Source of the DNA: Lepidodermella squamata
Lineage: Eukaryota > Animalia > Gastrotricha
NCBI GenBank assembly: GCA_047495785.1
Contig: JBLDXI010000007.1
Coordinates: 2,294,001 to 2,358,000 of the forward strand
Length of the DNA: 64,000 nt
Direction of reading: 5' to 3'
Of this stretch, positions 48,851-58,600 are shown piece after piece (position 1 is the first letter of the stretch; each line of letters starts with the position of its first letter). Under the pieces are notes generated by a model. It saw nothing but the letters and a program-made list of their open reading frames with translations. It had not been told where the DNA came from and did not search any database. The translations under genes were made by a program, and so were the position numbers.

Positions 48851-51431
48851 TTATCGCTTGTTGAACACATTCATCTGGTGCCATTTGTTGAAGCAGGTGT
48901 TCATGTGAAAAGCAGGATGAGAACCGTCCTCTTTCGGTTGGCAAGCCAGGCACCAATGTGAAACCCTGCCGCCGCAGTTCATACAAGGGCGCTCTTTTTT
49001 ACCAGGCATTTTGGTAAGGTCATGAATCTCGGCTTTTGAGCTGCTGCTGGAAGAATCGTTGCTTTTTGATGAATCGAAGGACTCAGAACTCGCCACTGAG
49101 CCATCCTCTCCGATCATTCCGATCAGAGCTCTAATGACTGCTAAGCGAAATTCAAGAAGCGACATCCGAGAGGTATTTCCGCTTTGCAACTTGAAGAATT
49201 GATGGGCAGCAATCATGCCGCTCTCAAGAATCCTGAAGAAAATTTTTCGATACCATTTATACGACTTCCTATTTGCATCATAGTACGCGGCCTGAAAAAA
49301 TGTGAAAAGATAAAATATTTACGAATAGCTCAAATATGTTTGCTCACATTTTGATCGTGACAATCCACCGCATTCATTGATTTATTGTATTGATCGACAA
49401 TGAGAGGTTTCATGACAGTCTTGATCCTTTTAGCCGGTGGCTCGCCCATACGCGGTGCCGCATCGTCATCGTCGTCGAGTTTGCGCTTCAGGCCGGTTTC
49501 AGACTCAACATCCTCCTCCTCTCCATCTTCGCTATCGCCCTCTGAATCCGAAGCTAGGAAGTACTTGGACATGGCAGAATCGTTGTCGCCGCTATCATCG
49601 CCGTCAAATTCGGCTTCTGAATCCACTTCCACTCCGGTAGAATCTGCCTCAATCTCTTGATATACCGAACTTTGCCCTGTTTGCGTTTCATTGTGCTCGA
49701 TGACCCGTTGAATTCGAGCCGGAAGGGTAATCGGAATCATTTCTGGGGCAAACTCAGTCGATAGCATAAGTACTTCGCGATTGTCCTTCCACTTGAGTAC
49801 ATTGATATCGTCTTGTCTTCGGCAAATTATTTCACCTGTCTTCAAGCTAGCTTGAACCACTTCGGGCGGGTTTCCGACACGGTTTTTTTTCAGTGTTCCG
49901 GTTAGGTGAGTTAGATTAGCCAATAGGTATTTAGCGAGTTCGACGGAAGTGTAAAAATTGTCGACAAAAAGCGAGTGTCCCTTGCCAAGAAGGTATTTGA
50001 TGAGTGATTTCACGACTGAAAATGTGTGGCCTTTGCCAGAAATAATATCATCTTGAACATTATCCGCGCCTGAGTAGACATGGAAGCGAAGAGGGATTCC
50101 AGTTGATGACTCACATAGCATATAGATCTGTAAAATAGCAGATTGAAAACCAAGGTTTTCACACTAGTCTCTAGTCTCACTAGATCGAACCTTCGAAATT
50201 TAAAATTTTAGCTTCGAAATTAAAATTGTGGCTTCAAAAAGTAAAATCCTAGCTTCGAAATTAAAACTGTGGCTTCAAAATGTAAAATCCTAGCTTCGAA
50301 ATTAAAATTTTAGCTTCGAAAAGTAAAATCCTAGCTTCGAAATTAAAATTATGGCTTCGAAAGTAAAATATTGGCAAGAGTTCTATTCCGATAGAATCCG
50401 AGATTTGGGTATTATAATTTTCAAGAATATCACTTCACGCATATACGGATTTTTTTGTTATTTTTCTGAGCCGTTATTCTGCTCCAGAATTCCAGAAATA
50501 ACGGCTACTTATTCTATGTCTTTTATAGCCAAAATATAAGTCGTAAAATGACAGCAAAGCTGAAAGTAAAGGGAGTAAAGGAAGTAAAGGAAAGGTTCTC
50601 CAGATATTTTGATATTTTCGAATTTTTTCATTTTTTTATTTTCATTGCCTAGCGTTTTGATGAAAAATTAAAGAAAAACGGTTTTATGATTTTTGTGGGG
50701 TTCTGTCTCAAGTAAAACATGGCCATAAATTGTCTCAAAAATGCCGCTTTAAAATTAAAATTGCATTCCGATTTTGATATATATATATTTCATTTTATAG
50801 AACCTTTGACCTATCTTACCTTTATACCGAACTTCGCCTTTTTCGCCTTGTTGTACGACTTGAATGCCAGCCTTCCCTTGAAAAGCACTTGAGATTCATC
50901 GATTGCCAGATTTTTGCCAGGTGAATAAAGGTCATTCATCCGATTTTGATAGAAGTTTAGAACAGGTCTGATTTTATAGAGGCGATCGGTTTTGATGTTT
51001 TGCGCCAGAAATTGGTTGTTGTTGAAATGAAGATTTGACAAAATCGCTTCAAATCGATTTCGAGACATCGTCAAATTGAATATCGGTGTTGCCATCAGTT
51101 TGTCCTCCGTCCAGTAGCTTGCGATTGTTGGCTTTCGAATCACTCCCATTAGCAGCCATAAACCGAAAAATCGCTCAAGCTCCGGAACTGTCAATGGCAC
51201 CCAGTCGTTGATTCTGGCGTTGGGTTTAAGCCCAATTTGACGTAATTTTTGATTGGCATATCTATTCGTTTCCTTGCATACCATTTCGAGAAACTCGATG
51301 GTGAAAATTAGCCGGAAAAAGCTAACTGGTGACAATCGACCGCAATCAGGCTGGATTTTAAGTTTTTGGGTTCCGGTGAACGGAAAAGATAGAGGAGGTT
51401 CATCAGAATTGATCCACTCGCTGGCATCCAT
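48851..51431 (-). CDS. piggyBac (PGBD4-like) transposase, 3 exons (51431-50820, 50127-49348, 49291-48851), about 610 aa, apparently intact
   Basis: MSRNRFEAILSNLHF, DRLYKIRP, IDES, KFGIK|IYMLCES, VDNFYTS, WKDNREV, YNKSMNAVDCHDQN|AAYY, KWYRKIFF and a C-terminal Cys/His domain. Both introns are GT-AG and phase 0. Confidence 0.95.
50191..50370. repeat. Minisatellite (about 20-21-bp unit GCTTCGAAATTAAAATTTTA) in transposase intron 1
   Basis: About nine degenerate tandem copies. Confidence 0.85.
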
Positions 51432-51881
51432 GAAATTAGAGACAAAAATCTGAAATCTTTAATTCGAAGTTTGAAAATTCTAAATTGTGTGCCTTTCAGT
51501 GCTAAAGCCCGGGCCGTCAGGAATTCACCGCTTCACCGCACGCGGAAGCATATGTAAACAAAACTGCGTGGTCGAAAAACAAACAAATCCGGAGGCGAGT
51601 TCCTGCAAGATACCGCACCGCGCTATAGGTGAAAATTTCAGGATAATTCCCGGATCAAACAAAAGTGGAACAAAACACAAGACCGAAAATCCGCCAATTA
51701 ATTATTTTATTGCATCATTGCAAAGTCAGAAAAGCCAGAAGCGAAATACAACAATACAATACAAAACGAGTCATCAATCAACAACAATACAAAATTCGCA
51801 ATACTGAGAACTGAGAATACAAAAAACAGCGATAGAAAAATTGTCAGTAATTTACGAAATGTTCAACAGGTAAACAGCAGC

Positions 51882-52514
51882 TCACGCGCGCCTTGGACGG
51901 CCGCGGCCGCGACGAGGCGCCACCGGAGCTGGCGCAACAGGTGGCGCTGCCGGAACGGGCGCTCGAAACACGAAAACAGGAGGCGGCGGTGCGACGATTG
52001 CGGGAATGGCGGCAGGCTGAATGGTGGCTTCGATCGGAGGCGGTGGCAGAATCGGAGGAAGATTCGGCAGAATCGGCCCGGCTCGAGACAGAACAGCCGG
52101 CGGAGGAGGTCGAGCAGGTACCTGCCGCTGAGCAACAACAGCGCCAACTGCGATTAGGCCTTGTTCTGCAGTGCCGTTGCCTGGCTTGTAGGGCACAGGG
52201 TATCTGCGGCGAAAGCAGCACCACCAGATGAAGAAAATAAAAACAGAACACGTCAGCGCTAACATCGACAATGCCGCCCCAAAACCGGCCGCCAACGCCA
52301 TGAGCACATTGCCGAAGTCGGGAGTAGCCGGGGTCGTTGTAGTCGCACTTGTCGCAGTTGTCGGCAATGTCGCCGTCGAAGTACCAGGCGCAGACCAAGC
52401 GGTTGTTGTCGTCGTTGTCGTTGTTGTGGATAGAGCAAGCAAACCCGGCCGCGCTGAACGGGTGACGATGCCGTATCCTGGCTGATAATAAATATCGAAG
52501 TCAAAAGTCGACAT
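51882..52514 (-). CDS. Transposon cargo: single-pass membrane protein with Thr-rich N-terminus, Pro-rich tail and terminal AT-hook
   Basis: 210 aa: poly-Thr region, hydrophobic VLMALAAGFGAALSMLALTCSVFIFFIWW, CCFRRRY, Pro/Ala-rich tail and C-terminal PRRGRGRPRRA. Confidence 0.7.
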   Translation of the reverse strand: MSTFDFDIYYQPGYGIVTRSARPGLLALSTTTTTTTTTAWSAPGTSTATLPTTATSATTTTPATPDFGNVLMALAAGFGAALSMLALTCSVFIFFIWWCCFRRRYPVPYKPGNGTAEQGLIAVGAVVAQRQVPARPPPPAVLSRAGPILPNLPPILPPPPIEATIQPAAIPAIVAPPPPVFVFRAPVPAAPPVAPAPVAPRRGRGRPRRA

Positions 52515-52599
52515 TATTCAGAAATTTGTTAGCTCGAATTTACTTATTTTTATTTTCTTTCCTCCTTTTGTAGTCACCTTTCAACCGTTTTACTGTATC

Positions 52600-52860
52600 A
52601 TTACGTCGGCGTCGTCACAGCCGACCGCGGTCTCGCTGTCTGCCAAAACAGCCGAGCGGCTCCAAGGGCATGTTAACCGGCCGCGACGCCCACCGGCGCC
52701 GTTTCAAAGTCTGTAATTACTGACCGCGCACTACAACCGCCCGCCTCGCCACAGGTGCGCGCGCGCGCTTTCTCCACAGGTGCGCGCCCGGTGCGCGCCC
52801 GGTGCGTAATCACACGCTCGAGTGAGGATCACGTATTTTATGTCAACGGCGTGGGACTAG
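52600..52860. promoter_or_regulatory. GC-rich putative bidirectional promoter between divergent cargo genes
   Basis: CpG-rich island with repeated CCACAGGTGCGCGC and CCGGTGCG motifs between ATG 52514 (-) and ATG 53001 (+). Confidence 0.45.
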
Positions 52861-53000
52861 AAAGGAATTAAATTGAAATGAAAATATTTGCCAAAGCCAT
52901 TTCCGGATACCTGATGAGCCGTTCAAGCAATATATAGCCAGCTCCAAAAAGTCACCAGTCACCAGATAAATTTTTCAAACAGAATTTCCGTCATTTTGTA

Positions 53001-53951
53001 ATGAAAGGCTTTTTTCATGTATTTTTTGCGGCGGCGCTTATTATGCCTGCGTGCTGCTTGGAAATAACTGAAATATCGCCAACTCAGGTCATTTCAGGTC
53101 GATACTATTATGACCAGCTGAAAGCTCAGAACAATTCTTGTGTCGATAGATGGCTTGAACACGCGAAAAAGTTGTGCGCAAACTCAGTGATGTCGTGGCA
53201 AAATGTCGCCGAGTCAGCTCTCAAATGCTATCTGTCGGCCAAAAACTCTACAAAAGCTATAAATTGTCCTATGACACAGCCTACAGAATTCGCCAGCCAA
53301 ATTAATTGCTTGAAAAATTCTCTCGAAGTTTTAGACTGGCTCACTTACATGATTTTCGTTGGCGAAATTCGCGAAATATGTAGCTATTTTTTATTTTTCA
53401 AGGAAGAAAATTCTCCTCTCTACATACTCGCTAGACACTTTGTTCAGGCAGTAGTTGATTGCTTTCCAATTGAAGGCCCCGTGATTGATTTTTTCTCATA
53501 TTTCAAAGAGTCGACGCTTTTCGTCGCTGTTACTTCTCAAGTCTTTTACAACTCTTCGCTTGAACAGTCTTTCTTGAGGTATCGAGTCTCATTCTACATA
53601 TTTCACAGTGTTTTCCTGACATTATTTCGACGAAAAAAATTCCTAATATCTTTGTATCTTGTTGCCTTCGCCGAGTTCGCTCTCCAAATTTTTCTCAAAT
53701 CAAAAAGTGGGTTTGAATGGCGATATTTTCTTGGAGAGTATCTATTGATTATTTTGCTTCGCTGGCTATTCATCATCCATTTCTTGATTTTTGGAGAAAT
53801 ATGGTCGCCTGTTCATAATTTATGGAAAAGGCTTAGCCATTGCTGGGACTACAGTTCAACTTATCTCTGCAAACTAGGACGCGATCTAACCCCGCGAAAA
53901 ACTGATGTTGCATCTGTCAAAACAAGGTCGAAAAAGAAATCCGAGGATTGA
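53001..53951 (+). CDS. Transposon cargo: Kar5/GEX1/Brambleberry-like membrane protein (signal peptide, 6-Cys domain, 2-3 C-terminal TMs)
   Basis: CVDRWLEHAKKLC...QNVAESALKCYL...NC...NCLKNSLEVLDWLTYMIFVGEIREICSYF matches by eye the Cys spacing and the W/F-x-x-Y...IC end of the family's cysteine-rich domain. Hydrophobic segments and a basic tail follow. Confidence 0.65.
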   Translation: MKGFFHVFFAAALIMPACCLEITEISPTQVISGRYYYDQLKAQNNSCVDRWLEHAKKLCANSVMSWQNVAESALKCYLSAKNSTKAINCPMTQPTEFASQINCLKNSLEVLDWLTYMIFVGEIREICSYFLFFKEENSPLYILARHFVQAVVDCFPIEGPVIDFFSYFKESTLFVAVTSQVFYNSSLEQSFLRYRVSFYIFHSVFLTLFRRKKFLISLYLVAFAEFALQIFLKSKSGFEWRYFLGEYLLIILLRWLFIIHFLIFGEIWSPVHNLWKRLSHCWDYSSTYLCKLGRDLTPRKTDVASVKTRSKKKSED

Positions 53952-54324
53952 TCTGAACCTTTTCGATTTTTTCTATGCCGGAAGGAAATTTTTTAATTTG
54001 TTGCGCTACTTTGGGAATTTCGACATAAAATTTGTGAAAAATTTGCAAAATTGGGATAACTTGAAAATAATTGACCCTTCAGTATTTTACGGTAGCGAGA
54101 AACAATTTCCTTTCGGCAGCAGCCTTTTTCTTCAACTCGTCCGTCTCATTCATTCGCGACGATGTTTTTTACATTTTGATTATTGGCTTTGCCTGAATTT
54201 CGTTCATTTCATTTATTCATTGAAGGCTAAATTTGAGTACCTCTTTTCAATAATTGCTGATTGTATCGTTTAGCTCCAGTAAAACAAAGTCTGATGCTGT
54301 ACTATTTTGTTTTTTATTTTAGGA

Positions 54325-55096
54325 ATGCAAGTATTTACGAATTTAGTTTCTACTGTGGTCGAGAGGCATCGCCTAGCTGTTCGGGAGACAAACCGAGAAT
54401 TCTATGGAACCAGCCGATTTGAAGAGAGCGGTTCAACGGCCGATGTAAGTCGCTTGAAAAATTAGATCCGTCAGCATTTTCGTATTTTTTCCACATTCGT
54501 AGAGCGATTCTCGAATTGGCGTGTATGACTTCGGCAGCGAGTCGGAATCGATCTCCGTCTCAAGCTCTTCAACGCCATTGCAACAAAGCACCACGTCGGC
54601 TTTAGCGCCGCCAACAGCTGTATCCGCAATTCTACCGTTCAAAGACGCAGCGTCTAAAATTACGCCGCTTCGACAGGTTCATCGGCTCGTTTTTCGGCGT
54701 GACGCGCGTCAATCGGAAACAAATGAAAATCACTCCCACGCTCAATGGATCGCAAGAAGTTTCGCCGACCTGCCTGGTGATAATGACACAAATAGCATGA
54801 TATTGTTAGGTTCGCATGTGCTGGAGCAAGAAATCATAAAATCGGCTTATGAAATGCATAAAGATAAACCTTGTTTGTTTGCGAAAAGAATTTTGAAAGA
54901 ATGTGAAAGTCGGTCCCGGCAATTTAGCAATGCGTCAGTTTGGAATGATGCGGATTTGATTGACGATGTAACAAAACTTGTAATGCAAAAATACGATCAT
55001 TTTTTCCTAATTCGACGTGCTATTTGCCAAAATTTCGCAGAGTGTAATCGTAAAAAGAAAGCATACGAGTCGAAGAAAAAATCGGCGAAAAATTAG
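54325..55096 (+). CDS. Transposon cargo: putative BEN-domain DNA-binding protein, 2 exons (54325-54444, 54503-55096), about 237 aa
   Basis: In-frame gtaagt...cgtag intron; Ser-rich N-terminal part; C-terminal PCLFAKRIL...SV..DADLIDDVTKLVMQKY...IRRAICQNFAECNRKKK resembles the BEN helices; Lys-rich NLS-like tail. Confidence 0.55.
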
Positions 55097-55696
55097 CAAT
55101 TTGTGCTTTGTGCGTGGTGATCAGTTTTTTGTTCTTGTTGCTTGAAATAAATGTTTTTGTTCCAATGATTTTTGATAACTCCTGAATTATTTTCACCTGA
55201 ATTTTCACTACTTGGCGGTTTGCGCAAATAATAACGTTTCGAAAACAGGCTTCAAGTTTGATTTACGCATTCAACAGCGAGGGCGAAGACCGCGTCTTTG
55301 TTTACTGGTCGCACTTGAGAGTCACCCAAGGCGCGCCCGATTTGTTTGCATAACAGCTAACAGCGGCGATAAACGCGCATGTTTTGTTTATTTTAAACCT
55401 TGAACAAACATAACACAAAACGCGAAATCGCTATTCCAGCATCTCGCTAGGTGAAAGTTGGGTTTCTCCGGGGAGAAAAACTCACGTGAGAAAAAAATCT
55501 CCGGGAGAAAACTCTGGCAGTGAAAGAGTTAAGGAACAGTCATCTTTATTACACATTCTGCCTCGATGTTTTCAGTTATTCTGCAGTTGTCCAGAGTTGT
55601 GTAATTGTATATAAGCGAAAGAAAATTAAGAAAATCATGAGAGATTCAACGACATTTGCAATAGCTATAACAAAAACCACAACGGCGACAAACAAA

Positions 55697-58600
55697 TCAC
55701 AACAAAAATTCGGAGCAAACAACAGCATTAGCAGCTCGCATTTCGAAGCAAGAGAAGTCGTTGCACAGCTTCTTGAACTCCCTGAGTGTCTCGTTAAACT
55801 TGTTCCGTTTAGCCACATCAAGCGCCATCTTGAACTGCTCGACGTGATCTTCGATTTCGTCACACTTTGCGAGATATTTAAATACTGAAGCGAGATTCTT
55901 TTCAGCTGCAACGACCAGAGCGGACTTGCCATTCCTCGCCGACCATTTGACAGGTTCATTTGAGTATTTTTGAAACATCATCAAGGTAACAACTCGTTGC
56001 CGCTCTGAAATCGACCCGCTAAGTGTCTGGAACCAAGCGTCATAGACGTTGTAGGAATTGATGAACTTTTTGGCCAATTCACTTCGCCCAAATCTAGCTG
56101 CCAGCATCAGTGGATTGAACTGCACTTCATCGTCGAAATCGAGCCTGATGGTGGCGTTAACATCAGCATCATTTTTGAGCAGCACTTCGAAAAACTCGAC
56201 GTCAAAGTCGCTCATCACCGCAAAGTTGAGGCAATCCATTCGCAAGAGCCCAGACTCGACAATTTTAACCACGCTGACATTCGGATTGGCGCCTCTCTTC
56301 AGTAGAAGCTTGAAGTTATCCAACTTCTTACAGGCCAAAGCTCGGAATAACGCGGATTGGTTGCTGAACACACCGGTATCGCAAGCTTCTGCAGCTTTGG
56401 CATCTTGCCAATTGACGTTGTAGCCTTGAGCCAGCACTTTTTCAAGCGTTTCAGCGCCGTTTTCGAGCCCGGCCGCTTCGATAAGTTCGCGCTGTTTAAC
56501 AACGACATTTGCAGAGGGTTCGCAGGATCCGGCTGGTTCCCACCTCCCGAAGCCGAACGGGCAGTCGAGTTTTTCCGAACCGACCAAAGAGAACCCGTTG
56601 TAGCACTTGAGAAGCGGCTCGATGTGGTCGCCAGCGACGTAGCCGTTTTCGATGTTGGACGGGTGTCCATAGCACGGTTTCACTTGTCGGCATAGTTCGC
56701 CGCCCAAAACCCGGTAACCGACCGATTCGCATAGAGATTTAAAGAATGCTGATCCAAATGATTTAACGTCTTGTGCAATGTAGTTCGGGTTGATCTTGCC
56801 GAACTCAGCAGCGATTTTGAAGCTGTCCTGTTCGAGTTTGTGCGGGTCTACTCTAGTTGTCGGCGATTCGATAGTTGAAACGTCGGTCTCAGGGTTCTGG
56901 TTTTCGAATTCAATTCGGTTCGATGCGGTTGTAGTTGTTGACGTAGTAGATGAGTCGCATTCAGTTTTCAAGCAGGCGTTTGATAGATCAATTGACCACG
57001 AACCGCTTTGCAAGCATTCAGCCACTACGCTTTCGAGCTCAAAATCTGAACAGATCACTTTGACTTTCTGGCGAGTGAGAAAGGTTTTCCGATCGTTGGC
57101 TGGTGGCCATGTTAATATTCCAGGCTTTTGAGGCGCCACAAAGACTTCGCCTCCGGTAACTAACGGCAAGTCGCATGCCTGAAGTCAAAATGTAGGAATC
57201 AATGATTACGTTGATCAAGAAAATCAAGATTTTTAAAGGGTCTTACTTTTAGCGGAACCAAATTTGCCTGTTACCGGAACCAAATTTTGGAATTTTCAAT
57301 GGGTGGTTTTCTCGAAGCGGTTTTGTCGATGTTAAGACCAAACTGGGTATAGACCTGGTTTCATGTAGACCAAATCAAATTAGCATTTGGTTTTAGGATT
57401 GTCCACGAATTTTTGTCGATTGTTCTTTTGGTACATTCAATTGTTATGAAACACAGACGTTGGGACAAACGGCTAAAATAGCTGTTAATCCGGCGATGGA
57501 TGGCTTTCTTTAAAACCAAGTTTTAAATTTTAAAACCGAACTGTTTCAAACCCCCCGTTAAAACCGCCTGTTCAGCCCCAATTTACCCATGAGCTGTAGA
57601 CCCGCACCCTACCGGGTCTACACATTTGGAGTTTATTTTCTAGAAAAATCTGGTTTCAGCTTCTCATGAACGAGACAACTGAAACCCGAGTTCTAAAAGT
57701 GATATTTAGAACCCAAGAATAGCCCCGCGTGAATACGGACCAGTTCGACAGTTTGCATAGATGAAGTAACGAGTACTCTATACCGATACAAGACTAAGGA
57801 CAGGATCTAACATCGGCTAAATGGCGATGAAACTTTACGCATTAGCGAAAAACAAACTTCATGAAAAACTCTGAAACCACCTCTTCCGATGAGCGTAATT
57901 TAAGATGGATGATTAATTTGCATATTCCAATATTTTATTCATCCGCGTTATTACATGGAAATGCACATGAATATTTTCAGCAGGATTTTTTTGAGGGGAT
58001 TTCCTGCCTGGGTGTAAAAATAGAAAATAGTTGACCAATTATTCATCAAAAGGAGCCGATTTGAATATCTGAATATTTCTCATATGAAACGATTAGTGCA
58101 TTTTGCGGATTCATATTGAGTACCTTTCGTTTTCATTGGCTAATAAATTCACCATCTCGCTAATTTTACCTATCAATAATTTTCGCTATCAAGAAATGTT
58201 ACCCTATTTTTCTGAAAATAATTTATTTAGTACTTGCGCTACAACCTGCATTCTGCATTCACATTTCAAAATGTTAAATTTAAGGTAGATAAGTGATCAA
58301 CTTCAGGCTGAGATTAATGTGGCATTACTATATCCAAATTCTGGGATCGTAAAATAATGCCGATTTCACAGCCGAAGTCATTCGACTCGAAATAAGCAAA
58401 TGAACTGTGGTTACCTGAAAATCTAAGGTAACCCGGCCGATTTCACGTGTAAAATGCGCGAAAAAATTGTGGCAATTTAAATGGAATGAAGCAATAAATC
58501 ATCATGTTAGTTTCTGCCAGATGGTTCATATATTCGAGTCAAAGAAATGCGGCCATGTTAAATCCTTGGTTAAATCACGTGTCAGACAAGCTACCCAATT

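Larger units (their letters stand above)
47688..55528 (-). mobile_element. 7,841-bp cargo-carrying piggyBac transposon
   Basis: TTAA at 47684-47687 and 55529-55532. TIRs are CTCATTGACTGCCA and CTCTTTCACTGCCA (12/14). Subterminal palindromes TTTCTCCnnGGAGAAA lie at 47719-47734 and 55463-55478. A piggyBac transposase lies inside. Confidence 0.85.

Noticed and set aside
51844-52504. Overlapping alternative ORFs (184, 94, 112, 85 and 81 aa)
   Set aside because: Expected shadows of a GC-rich low-complexity gene; the 210-aa frame gives the coherent architecture and the best match to the paralogue.
53905-54273. 122-aa ORF between the cargo genes
   Set aside because: Non-ATG start and AT-rich UTR-like composition.
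47688-55528. Teratorn-like herpesvirus fusion or Polinton
   Set aside because: No recognisable polymerase, capsid, terminase, packaging ATPase or integrase, and the element is far too small.
55697-57178. Sushi-ankyrin gene as piggyBac cargo
   Set aside because: It lies outside the right TIR/TTAA at 55528-55532.
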